IMG/VR virus record: IMGVR_UViG_3300006046_000001 | Span: 1 to 64,000 of that record | Source: a virus | Direction: 5' to 3' (one strand) | Length of the DNA: 64,000 bases | In this document: positions 14,486 through 22,946 of the stretch, piece by piece | How positions within the stretch are numbered: the first letter of the stretch is position 1 | Layout of the letters: the number at the start of each line of letters is the position of its first letter | Program-made: the position numbers and the translations under genes | Notes under the pieces: generated by a model | Seen by the model: only the letters and a program-made list of their open reading frames with translations | What the model was told of the DNA's origin: nothing | Database searches by the model: none

Positions 14486-15309
14486 TGCCGGCCAGTACTC
14501 TATTTCCTGGTGAGAGGGTCTTTGAAGAGAAGGACCTTCATGAACTCATCGGCAATGGACAGTACGTAGAGGTCAATGGAGAAAAGAGACTCCTCAGCCG
14601 GCTGCCGCCTCCGAAGGGACATGACTCTAGCGCCTACAGTATTCCCTTCGGAGCTTCTGGCATCCAACTGATTGATAAGAGCAATCTGGATGCTGCTATA
14701 GACGACCAAGTCGCTCGTCTAGCAAGAGTCTCTGACTACATTGACTTTGATCCATTCGACCAAGATGGCTTACCCACTTGCTGGGCTATCGGCACTGCTC
14801 AGCTGGTGAGCATTACGAGAAGAATTCTCGGTCTGCCACATAAGCAGATGAGTGGTTGCTCTCTAGCTGTGCCTATCAGTGGTGGGCACGTAGGAGGGTA
14901 CGAAGGTGACAGCATCAAGTATGCTTACGACCACGGTGTTTGCGACACGGACGTTTGGCCAGAGAATCAAACTCGCGGCATCAGCAACTCGGATCCAAAG
15001 GTGATCGCCAGCAGAGAGAAGCATCGGGCAAGAGCGTTCATTCAAGTGCAGAACGACCAGCAATGGTGGTCTGCTCTTCTACGAACTGTAGCTGGTGTGT
15101 TCGCCTATAACTGGATGTCGCATGTTATGGCTATGTGCGACTTTGTTAGGATTGAAGCAGGACGGTATGGTTACCGTTCTCGGAATTCTTGGGGCAAGTG
15201 GGGTTCCGCAAATCGACTGGGCTTCATGGGCTTCAATGTTTATCCGATGGGGCATGGAACTCCTAGCTCAGGATTTGTTCTTCAGGATATTCTTCCTTCG
15301 GAGACCTAA
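14485..15309 (+). CDS. papain-like (C1 family) cysteine peptidase
   Basis: Catalytic-triad motifs in the canonical order: GLPTCWAIGTAQ (like CGSCWAFS), WMSHVMAM (like DHAVAAVG), RNSWGKWG (like NSWG..WG). Confidence 0.65.
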   Translation: MPASTLFPGERVFEEKDLHELIGNGQYVEVNGEKRLLSRLPPPKGHDSSAYSIPFGASGIQLIDKSNLDAAIDDQVARLARVSDYIDFDPFDQDGLPTCWAIGTAQLVSITRRILGLPHKQMSGCSLAVPISGGHVGGYEGDSIKYAYDHGVCDTDVWPENQTRGISNSDPKVIASREKHRARAFIQVQNDQQWWSALLRTVAGVFAYNWMSHVMAMCDFVRIEAGRYGYRSRNSWGKWGSANRLGFMGFNVYPMGHGTPSSGFVLQDILPSET

Positions 15310-15310
15310 C

Positions 15311-15706
15311 ATGTCTGGCAAGCTCTTCAATCTGGTTGCTACCGTTGCTGTTGCAGTTGGTGTCTGCCTCTACGTTGGTGGGCAGGGTAAAGCAACTGCA
15401 GACCCACGTCCTGTCAGCAAGTCTGACCAAGTGAGTCTCGAGCAGGTTCGAGACATCATCAAGCAAGAACTCGCCGGCGTGAAGTTCGAAGCTGCTCCTT
15501 CGGCACCGAAAGGTCTTACTGTCGAAGAAGTTCAACAGGCTATCCGAGAAGCAATCGCTGCTCAGAAGCAAGAACAAGTCGAAGCAAAGCCGGCGGTAAA
15601 AGCACCAGAAGTTTCTTCAGTGCCACAAGCAAGCGCCGGATATTATCGAACAGTCCGGTCAGGAATGTTCGGACGTAGAACCCAAACAGTTTGGGTTCAA
15701 CAGTGA
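15311..15706 (+). CDS. N-terminally membrane-anchored protein (i-spanin-like architecture)
   Basis: Trimmed to ATG 15311 (MSGKLFNLVATVAVAVGVCLYVGG...). Single N-terminal TM followed by a charged, helical region. Confidence 0.45.
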   Translation: MSGKLFNLVATVAVAVGVCLYVGGQGKATADPRPVSKSDQVSLEQVRDIIKQELAGVKFEAAPSAPKGLTVEEVQQAIREAIAAQKQEQVEAKPAVKAPEVSSVPQASAGYYRTVRSGMFGRRTQTVWVQQ

Positions 15707-15713
15707 AGATCTT

Positions 15714-15896
15714 TTGAAAGGGAATCTTGTGAAGAAGCTTTGTTTGTTTCTATGCGTTGCTCTGGTAGGCTCGGTCCTGGCTTCTACTGCTGAAGCTGGG
15801 ATCTTTCGTTGTTCTGGCTCCAGCTGCGGCGCCGGCGTTTCCAAGGGCAGCTACCAAGGCCGCCGGGCTATCCTGCCTCGCAACCGTCATCGGTAA
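15714..15896 (+). CDS. small secreted protein (signal peptide)
   Basis: 60-aa ORF. KKLCLFLCVALVGSVLASTAEA looks like a type I signal peptide. No canonical lipobox. Confidence 0.4.
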   Translation: MKGNLVKKLCLFLCVALVGSVLASTAEAGIFRCSGSSCGAGVSKGSYQGRRAILPRNRHR

Positions 15897-16102
15897 TGAT
15901 CACACCCCACCTCACCGATGGCCGATGGGAACTCGCCATCCCAAACTACGCCTACGCCTGGGTGTGGACGTGGAACGGGCGGACCAACGAGCCGACGGTT
16001 CGGGTGGAAGGACTGACTAAGCCGGTAGGGCCGCCTCCAGCTGAGGTGGGACCGCCTGCACACGATCCGAACTTTCCTGGCACGGTGCCGTGGAACCTAT
16101 GA
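15896..16102 (+). CDS. hypothetical Pro/Trp-rich protein
   Basis: Trimmed to ATG 15896 (TAATG overlap with upstream stop). GC-rich patch. Confidence 0.35.
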   Translation: MITPHLTDGRWELAIPNYAYAWVWTWNGRTNEPTVRVEGLTKPVGPPPAEVGPPAHDPNFPGTVPWNL

Positions 16103-16213
16103 GACAGTATCTCGCACCTGTTGCCAGAGATAGATCGTTGGCGAGGCACTTTGGCCGATGTGTGACAGTAGTGCGTAAGCAGTCTGAAGCGAAGATCTGT
16201 CTGAAAGAGCACA

Positions 16214-16510
16214 ATGGACAAGCACATTCACATCCACCTCGACTTGGACGGCCTAATCAACTTGGCCGCTAGAGTTGGGGCATTAGAAGAAAGGGTTACT
16301 AACATGCATGAAGAAACGAAGCAATTGGTTGCCGAGTTGAATGACGCGACCAACGCCATAGCGGTTCGGCTAGACAAACTGATCGCCAATGCCGAAGGCG
16401 GCTTGACGAAAGAGCAAGCCGTAGAGCACAACGCCGAACTCACACAACTCCGCGATCATTTGCGGGCGATGGGCACCGATCCCGCAAACCCGGTCCCCAC
16501 ACCCGTCTAG
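16214..16510 (+). CDS. hypothetical coiled-coil protein
   Basis: 98-aa ORF with heptad-like sequence, GC-rich. Confidence 0.45.
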   Translation: MDKHIHIHLDLDGLINLAARVGALEERVTNMHEETKQLVAELNDATNAIAVRLDKLIANAEGGLTKEQAVEHNAELTQLRDHLRAMGTDPANPVPTPV

Positions 16511-16551
16511 TAACAAACTAGTTACTGTAGCCTCTAGTTCTATAGTATCTA

Positions 16552-16582
16552 ATCCCGCGATCGAAAGTCTGCGGGATTTTTT
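16552..16582 (+). terminator. intrinsic terminator-like hairpin plus T-run
   Basis: ATCCCGC (16552-58) pairs with GCGGGAT (16571-77) and is followed by TTTTTT. It ends directly at the portal ATG (16583). Confidence 0.6.
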
Positions 16583-18151
16583 ATGGCTCTGGACAACAAC
16601 GAAACTCTGCTGTCTGAAACTGGAGCCGTCGGTAGTAATGCATCTTTAGAAGTGCACCCCGTTGAGATAGTTACTCCGTCTCAGGGCTCTTTTTCTACCG
16701 CAGACGCTCTTATCTATGCTCATCCAGATTGGACAGCTAACTGGAAGCAGTGGAAGAAGTACACCGACTGCTATGAAGCAACGAACATAGCAGAATATAT
16801 CTTTCAGCATATTCGCGAGACGAATAGCATCTTTGATAGGAGAGTCGAGAGAAGCTACTACTACAACTATGTAGCATCTGTCATCGACCTCTTTGTCTCT
16901 TATCTGTTTCATGCTCCGATTACCAGAACCAATGAGGACAGCTTCCCAACAGACGACCTAACGTCGTTCTACCAGAATGCTAACCGCTCAGGAGATACCT
17001 TTCATATCTTCATGCAGCTGGTAGCGACATTCAGTCAGATCAATGGACACTGTGCTGTCTTGGTTGATATGCCCATGATGGAGGGCATTCCCTATAGTGA
17101 AGCAGACCGGAAGAAACAAGGGATTCGTCCTCATGTTACTCTTCTCCAATCGAAGCAAATCCTTGACTGGGAGTTAGACGAGGATGATAAGTTCGAGTGG
17201 GCGAAGATAGAGATCTGCCGCCCACAGAACAGAAGCTGGAAAACTCCTGTTGATATGGACACGCGGTTCTTCCTTATATGGGCTAAAGACCATTGGGAAG
17301 AATGGAAACTTACTGACTCTGCAGAAACTTCTGAAAGACCAGTCAAGGCAGAGCTCATCAGAGAAGGAGAGAATCCTCTCGGTGAAGTTCCGATTGTCGT
17401 AGTAAGGAATGAGAGATGTATTACCCATCCTTGGATGGGCCTCTCAACAGTTCGGGACATTGCAGATATCAACATTGGTATCTTGAACTGGTCTAGCCTC
17501 GGTGATGAAGAGATCTACGAGCGGTGCTTGAATGTGCTGGCTATTGAGAAGTCAGGAATGGACAATCCAGTAGATCTGTCACATCATGACGTCTTGGAGT
17601 TTGAAGCAGGATCGACTCCTCCTTTCTACCTTTCTCCTGGACAGTCTCCACTTGAGCTAATCGGTAAGTGGATTGATAGAGCCAAAGATGAGATCTACCG
17701 CCTAGCTAAGATGGGTGGTCTGGCAGGTGTGAAAGGTTCTCGAGAAGCAACCTCAGGCATTGCATATGCCTTTGAGTTCAATGAGACAAACCAAGCTCTG
17801 TCTAAGAAGGCAGAGTCCTTAGAACAAGCCGAGATAGAAATCCACCGTCTTGCGGCAGCGTGGATGAATACCGAGTGGAAGGGAAGTATTTCCTATCCAC
17901 GAGAATTCGGAGTTGATGACTTCCTCGCTGAGCTCCAACTGTTAACTGAAGCGAGAACAACGCTCACCAGTGATACAGCAATTAAGGAGTTCGAGAAGAA
18001 GGTCATGGGTAAGATGTTTTCCAGAGAGAAGCAAGAACTCCGAGACAAGATTCAGGAAGAAATCGAGACTGCCAATCCAAGACCAATTGGTGTTCTTGAG
18101 AACTTCGGTTCAATAAATCCTGCGACCCTGTTTGGACCTTCAGGGCCATAA
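16583..18151 (+). CDS. portal protein
   Basis: 522 aa, positioned between terminase and scaffold/capsid. FDRRVERSYYYNYVASVIDLFVSYLF resembles DUF4055-type portal N-terminal motifs. Confidence 0.7.
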   Translation: MALDNNETLLSETGAVGSNASLEVHPVEIVTPSQGSFSTADALIYAHPDWTANWKQWKKYTDCYEATNIAEYIFQHIRETNSIFDRRVERSYYYNYVASVIDLFVSYLFHAPITRTNEDSFPTDDLTSFYQNANRSGDTFHIFMQLVATFSQINGHCAVLVDMPMMEGIPYSEADRKKQGIRPHVTLLQSKQILDWELDEDDKFEWAKIEICRPQNRSWKTPVDMDTRFFLIWAKDHWEEWKLTDSAETSERPVKAELIREGENPLGEVPIVVVRNERCITHPWMGLSTVRDIADINIGILNWSSLGDEEIYERCLNVLAIEKSGMDNPVDLSHHDVLEFEAGSTPPFYLSPGQSPLELIGKWIDRAKDEIYRLAKMGGLAGVKGSREATSGIAYAFEFNETNQALSKKAESLEQAEIEIHRLAAAWMNTEWKGSISYPREFGVDDFLAELQLLTEARTTLTSDTAIKEFEKKVMGKMFSREKQELRDKIQEEIETANPRPIGVLENFGSINPATLFGPSGP

Positions 18152-18203
18152 GCAGAGAAAACAAGGTTCACCTGCCGACTAGGATTAGTCGAGAGGTCGT
18201 GCT

Positions 18204-18992
18204 ATGATCCTTTCAGCTATGGGTTCGTCTCGGTTGTGTTGGTTAGACAGAGTTTTTCTTGCCCCAGATGGTGATGGTGGAGGTGGTGCAGGTGAACTGC
18301 CTCCTGCCGGTGAAACCTACACCAAAGAACAGCTCGAGAGAATTGTTCAAGGTAGGATCACCAAGATCCATCAAGACCTGGAGAAAGAGAAAACGGAGCG
18401 TGCGAAGTCTGATCAACGAGTGAAGGATCTTGAAGACAAAGTCAAAGAGATTCCTCCGCCGCCTATTGAACCTCCTTCGGGAGATGTTGAAGGTCGGCTA
18501 AAGTTGTTGGAGAAGAAGCACACTCAAGAAACTGAGAGTCTCAAGAAGAGTCTCGAAGAAGAGACAAAGAAGAGGACTCAGGCCGAACAAAGACGAAAAG
18601 AGCTGGAAAGAGATTCCGATCTAACTGAGTCTCTTCAGATTGCTGGCTGCAGAGCTGATGCAATTGAGATTGCGAAGAATGCCTTCCTTCCGAAAGTTAG
18701 TAGAGACGAGGATGATGAAAAGTGGGTATACAACTTGTCTGATGGAGGGGTAGTCTCAATTAGAGATGGCATTGCTGCAGAGCTTCCAGACTATCTGAAA
18801 GATTCTACAGTCAAGGCAGGTGGTAGTGGATCGAAGGGTGGAGCCAGAAAGGCAGCCAAAGAAGCCGAGATCGATTCAGCAAAGAAGCTGCTAGTCGAAC
18901 TTGAGAAGAAGGGCAAGAATTCTGGCGATTCTCAAGACGTTCAGAACTACCTGCGACAGAAACGTGTTGTTTCAGACCTTGAGAGGAGATAA
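18204..18992 (+). CDS. scaffolding protein (putative)
   Basis: Highly charged coiled-coil protein between portal and major capsid genes. The start codon is uncertain. Confidence 0.55.
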   Translation: MILSAMGSSRLCWLDRVFLAPDGDGGGGAGELPPAGETYTKEQLERIVQGRITKIHQDLEKEKTERAKSDQRVKDLEDKVKEIPPPPIEPPSGDVEGRLKLLEKKHTQETESLKKSLEEETKKRTQAEQRRKELERDSDLTESLQIAGCRADAIEIAKNAFLPKVSRDEDDEKWVYNLSDGGVVSIRDGIAAELPDYLKDSTVKAGGSGSKGGARKAAKEAEIDSAKKLLVELEKKGKNSGDSQDVQNYLRQKRVVSDLERR

Positions 18993-18994
18993 TC

Positions 18995-19021
18995 TAATCT
19001 CCTCTTCACACGAGGAGATTA
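18995..19021 (+). promoter_or_regulatory. 10-bp perfect stem-loop sequestering the SD of the major capsid gene
   Basis: TAATCTCCTC (18995-19004) pairs with GAGGAGATTA (19012-19021), loop TTCACAC. GAGGAG lies 7 nt before ATG 19025. Confidence 0.5.
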
Positions 19022-19024
19022 GGA

Positions 19025-20143
19025 ATGACGTTTAGCGGCAAAGCCATCTATGACACCGGTGTATGGGACACCGTTGCCGAAGATGTGTCGGACCTTATCG
19101 GGATGATCTCGCCCGATGAGACCCCTCTTTTGGACGCCCTCGGCGACGCCAATCAATCAGCAGAAAATGTGCTGCACGAATGGTTGGAAGACGCGTTGCA
19201 GCCTAACACTGTGACTTGCAGTGCAACGCTCAACACGGCAGCTACGGCTCTTCCGATTCACGTCTCCGGTGCCTCGGTCGGCACATTCTTCCAAGCTGGG
19301 TCGATCCTCAAAGTTACTCGCACCGGCGAGTACATGCAGATCACCGGCACATCGGCCAACACTCTCGTTGTTACGAGAGCATTCGGCGGAACCTCAGCTG
19401 CAACGATTGCTGCTACGGATACGATCTTCGTTATCTCTGAAGCAGCATTGGAAGGCGCTGACGTTAGCGTCGATACCTCTCGGCCGAGGGCGAGACGGAA
19501 CAACTATTGCCAGATCTTCAAGAAAGACATCATCGTGTCTGGTACGGTTCAATCCGTCCGACACCTTGGTGGGATCGGCAATGAGTTCGCTTATCAGAAA
19601 GAAAAGCGAACTCGAGAAATTCTGCGTGACGCCGAGAAGGCAGTTATCCAGGGCAAGCTCTCGGGCAACACTTTGGGTTCCGCCACGGCCTATCGCACCT
19701 TCAAGGGTCTGTGGGACTTCGTTGCTACGAATGCCACTAGCATCGGCACTCTGAACGCCACGATCCTGGACGACAACATTCAGCTGGCATGGGGCCAGGG
19801 CGCCCAAGACATCGACCTCATTCTGGTTGATGCGAACTGGAAGAGAGCTATTGACAACCTCAACAGCACTCGTATCCAGGTCTTCCAGAACGAGAACAAC
19901 TATCGCCGCCGGGTTACGTACTACGAAGGTACGTTCGGCAGCCAGATGGTTCTTCTCAGCCGGTGGATGCCGACGAACAGTGCGTTGATCCTGTCGAGAG
20001 GCAGAATCAAGCTGATGCCTCTGACGGGTCGCTCCTTCCAGTTCCAGCCAGTCGCCAAGACTGGTGACTCGGAGAAGGGTATGCTCATTGGCGAGTACAC
20101 CCTGGAGGTCAAGAACGAAGAAGGTCTGGCCAAGATCTACTAA
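19025..20143 (+). CDS. major capsid protein
   Basis: 372 aa, following the scaffold gene. The N-terminal ETPLLDALGDANQSAENVLHEWLEDAL resembles DUF5309/SU10-type HK97-fold capsid proteins. A strong terminator follows. Confidence 0.8.
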   Translation: MTFSGKAIYDTGVWDTVAEDVSDLIGMISPDETPLLDALGDANQSAENVLHEWLEDALQPNTVTCSATLNTAATALPIHVSGASVGTFFQAGSILKVTRTGEYMQITGTSANTLVVTRAFGGTSAATIAATDTIFVISEAALEGADVSVDTSRPRARRNNYCQIFKKDIIVSGTVQSVRHLGGIGNEFAYQKEKRTREILRDAEKAVIQGKLSGNTLGSATAYRTFKGLWDFVATNATSIGTLNATILDDNIQLAWGQGAQDIDLILVDANWKRAIDNLNSTRIQVFQNENNYRRRVTYYEGTFGSQMVLLSRWMPTNSALILSRGRIKLMPLTGRSFQFQPVAKTGDSEKGMLIGEYTLEVKNEEGLAKIY

Positions 20144-20176
20144 ACAATCTGACAGGACGGCAGGCTTCGTCCTCCG

Positions 20177-20217
20177 TAGCCGGGTAAGGACCACGCCTCT
20201 TACCCGGCTATTTTTTT
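20177..20217 (+). terminator. rho-independent terminator
   Basis: TAGCCGGGTAAG (20177-88) pairs with CTTACCCGGCTA (20199-210), followed by TTTTTTT. A second small hairpin AGGACG/CGTCCT lies just upstream. Confidence 0.85.
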
Positions 20218-20243
20218 CTGCATAATTCAGATAGGAAGTAAAC

Positions 20244-20669
20244 ATGGCCGCTGGAGCATGGACATTCACAAACGGTGGGCGTACCTGCCTAATTGACGGT
20301 ACGTTCCAGATCGGCACCGACACTTTCAAAGAGGCACTCTTTCTGAGTACTTCGAACATTGGTGCTGCTAGCACAACCTACGCTGGCTTGACCAATGAGC
20401 ACGCCAATGCTAACGGCTATTCAACTGGTGGTATCAGTATCACATTGACTTTGGCTGGAACTACTACAGTCACTGTTGATATCTCCACCGATCCAGTGTG
20501 GACAGCCTCGGGTGGTTCTATCGTAGCTCGGTTCGCCGTAATCTACGAAGTCTCAGGCAAGGTGCTTTGCTATTGCTTGCTTGATTCCACTCCCGCTGAT
20601 GTGACGGCAACAGATACAAATACGTTGACCGTTCAGACGAATGCTTCAGGTGTCTTTACCTTGGCTTAA
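20244..20669 (+). CDS. hypothetical virion-associated protein (paralogue-like to 40188..40574)
   Basis: 141 aa, Thr/Gly/Ala-rich beta-type sequence. Loosely shares an ALF/ALC ... E..NGY/GY.R ... TL layout with ORF 40188. Confidence 0.45.
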   Translation: MAAGAWTFTNGGRTCLIDGTFQIGTDTFKEALFLSTSNIGAASTTYAGLTNEHANANGYSTGGISITLTLAGTTTVTVDISTDPVWTASGGSIVARFAVIYEVSGKVLCYCLLDSTPADVTATDTNTLTVQTNASGVFTLA

Positions 20670-20681
20670 TAGAGGTCGCAG

Positions 20682-21020
20682 ATGCGTAAGGCTTGTTTAG
20701 ACCACGCCATCGAACTTGCTAACAGCAAGACTCCTGGTCCCTTTGCTCAAGTAGCAAAGGGAGCAATGGAGGTAGGTGTCATCGTTCCCAGTATCTTGAA
20801 GAAGCTGCTTACCGAAGCAGGCTATGTCATCAAGTACGTCAAGGGACCAAGAGATGACGCTGAAGAAGGGGCAGCTCCAAAGGGCGCTTGGGTGAGGGTG
20901 TACAAGGATGACCTCCTTGTAGCCAGAGCATTAAGCCATGATGAAGCTGACGCTCTACTCCAAGCTATCTATGCCGAGATGAAGGAAGAAGCCAAGGTCA
21001 AAGAAGAAGTCAAGGCATGA
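20682..21020 (+). CDS. hypothetical protein
   Basis: 112-aa ORF in the structural block. No family recognised. Confidence 0.5.
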   Translation: MRKACLDHAIELANSKTPGPFAQVAKGAMEVGVIVPSILKKLLTEAGYVIKYVKGPRDDAEEGAAPKGAWVRVYKDDLLVARALSHDEADALLQAIYAEMKEEAKVKEEVKA

Positions 21021-21274
21021 GTGCGAAGATCATTGGGCAACAGCCGAAGGTCAATGTAGTCGACCTTAGACGGCAAGACCTGCCCGATCTCTATATAGAG
21101 ATGAAGAAGAATCACGATCTACTTCGTAGAATAGAAGTAGATGGATTGTCTAAGGGCTGGACGGATTTAGAAATCAGAACAGCCCAGTTACAAACTGCTG
21201 TCAACTCTTGTGCGAGTTTGCAGAAACGCCTACAAGAGATGGAATCTGGTCTTTCTCGAACTATCAAGGGTTGA
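21017..21274 (+). CDS. hypothetical protein
   Basis: 85-aa ORF with ATGA overlap with the upstream gene. Confidence 0.45.
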   Translation: MSAKIIGQQPKVNVVDLRRQDLPDLYIEMKKNHDLLRRIEVDGLSKGWTDLEIRTAQLQTAVNSCASLQKRLQEMESGLSRTIKG

Positions 21275-21278
21275 AAAG

Positions 21279-21629
21279 ATGGCAGCTGCTACAAATGAAC
21301 AAGTTCAACACTGGGCCAACGAGCGCACCCGCGTCCGGGCTGAACAACTACGCAACCTGCTGATCGCAATGGAAGCGGACAACGCAGCGATCGGCGACGT
21401 TTATGAGAATCTGAACAACAACCCGGACTGGACAGACGAACGCACTGACGGTCCGCCGCATCTTTTGACGGGGGCTGACATTCTGGCATTCAATACGGTC
21501 AGTGATGGGTTGTCTCGTATTCTCCGCGGCGGGCCGTTTGCCGACGATCCGGCTAAGGTCAACACAGTGAATGCGGTCACTGCTCAACTGGCGATTGTCT
21601 TGAAGGCATGCGTCCGCAACCCTGGATAA
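21279..21629 (+). CDS. hypothetical protein
   Basis: Trimmed to ATG 21279 (MAAATNEQVQHW...). Marks the start of a GC-rich block. Confidence 0.45.
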   Translation: MAAATNEQVQHWANERTRVRAEQLRNLLIAMEADNAAIGDVYENLNNNPDWTDERTDGPPHLLTGADILAFNTVSDGLSRILRGGPFADDPAKVNTVNAVTAQLAIVLKACVRNPG

Positions 21630-21632
21630 CCC

Positions 21633-22946
21633 ATGACAATCTCCGCAGCAACTCAGTGGTGGATTCGTGCCGACGGCAATAACGCCAATGGCGGCGGGTT
21701 TGATCCGTCTATTTCGGGTGCCGTCGATACGGGCCTGAACGACTCCGCCACGCCGGCCCTATCGGTGGCCGACATTGTGACTGTCGGAACGACGACGGTC
21801 ACTAGCGTTACCGGCGGCTTCACGTCGGCCATGATCGGCTACTGCCTGCGGATCGTGGGGGACAATTACTATTTCATCACCGCGGTTGCCAGTACAAATA
21901 GCATCACAGTTGATCGGGCGACGGGGACCGCTACGGGCCAGAGCGGTAATGTGGCGGGGGCATTCGCTAGCTTAGAAAACTTGATGGTATCGGGAATTGG
22001 GACCGGCTATAGCACTCCTTCTATTAGCACGCCGATGGTGGCCGGCAACACGATTTTCATTCGCGGCTCTGGTGTTGATGACCCAATAACTGACGATTAC
22101 ACCAATGGGGCAGGAGGATTTTACTCAGCGCCTAGCGGTAACAGTACAACCGGCCCGAACAAATTGATTGGTTACAACGGAAGGCCGAGAATATCACACA
22201 GCGGTTTGCTGCTATATAGCACTAACTCATGGCATTTGGAAAACCTGGTATTCTTCCTGAATGCCTCTCCTTCCTACCCAACTTATGGAATCATCTATGG
22301 GGCCACTCGATCGAATGTCTTGAATTGCAAAATAGACATCAATGGTCATTCCGCCTGTCACGGTTTGGAAATGGCGGGGCGGGTACTCGATACTGTCATT
22401 ATGAATTCTGGCGCAAAGTCGGGGACCGGCTCTTTCGGCTTTTACGGCGGCAATTATGCTTCGACACTGATCGGTTGTAAGATCGAGGATATCCCTGGTG
22501 CAGGCGTGGCGGACGGATTAGGTGGGGCTATTATTCTTATGGATTCTGTCGTTGTAAATTGCAACAGCGTTGGCGTTTATGTTACTGGCTACCCGCAAAT
22601 TTGTTCTGTTGTTCGTGGTAACACAATCGACAACAACGGCGGGGACGGGATTGTAATTGCCACTAATGAAGCTGCCTGCAACAGCATCGTGTTAAATAAC
22701 GTCATAACCAATAACGGCGGGTACGGAATCAATTATTCGAACGACTCGGCAGCCGCAAATGACATACGGTCCCTGCGATTGAACAGAGACAACATCTTCG
22801 ACAATAACACGTCTGGGCCTGTGAGCGGTATTTCTTCCGGTGTTGACGATCAGAACATCGACCCGCTCTATAACGACGCCGGGAGCGGTGACTACACGCC
22901 AGCGGAACCAACGTTGCAGGGAGCGGCTTACCCGCCGAACCTCTAA
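21633..22946 (+). CDS. right-handed parallel beta-helix protein (tailspike/depolymerase-like)
   Basis: Repeated NNGGDGIVIA / NNGGYGINY type PbH1-like coils, Gly/Asn/Ser-rich. 437 aa. Confidence 0.55.
   Translation: MTISAATQWWIRADGNNANGGGFDPSISGAVDTGLNDSATPALSVADIVTVGTTTVTSVTGGFTSAMIGYCLRIVGDNYYFITAVASTNSITVDRATGTATGQSGNVAGAFASLENLMVSGIGTGYSTPSISTPMVAGNTIFIRGSGVDDPITDDYTNGAGGFYSAPSGNSTTGPNKLIGYNGRPRISHSGLLLYSTNSWHLENLVFFLNASPSYPTYGIIYGATRSNVLNCKIDINGHSACHGLEMAGRVLDTVIMNSGAKSGTGSFGFYGGNYASTLIGCKIEDIPGAGVADGLGGAIILMDSVVVNCNSVGVYVTGYPQICSVVRGNTIDNNGGDGIVIATNEAACNSIVLNNVITNNGGYGINYSNDSAAANDIRSLRLNRDNIFDNNTSGPVSGISSGVDDQNIDPLYNDAGSGDYTPAEPTLQGAAYPPNL

Noticed and set aside
19394-20374. 326-aa ORF on the minus strand
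   Set aside because: It is antisense to the major capsid gene and crosses its terminator. This is a GC-rich shadow ORF with an Arg/Val/Leu-rich, low-information product.
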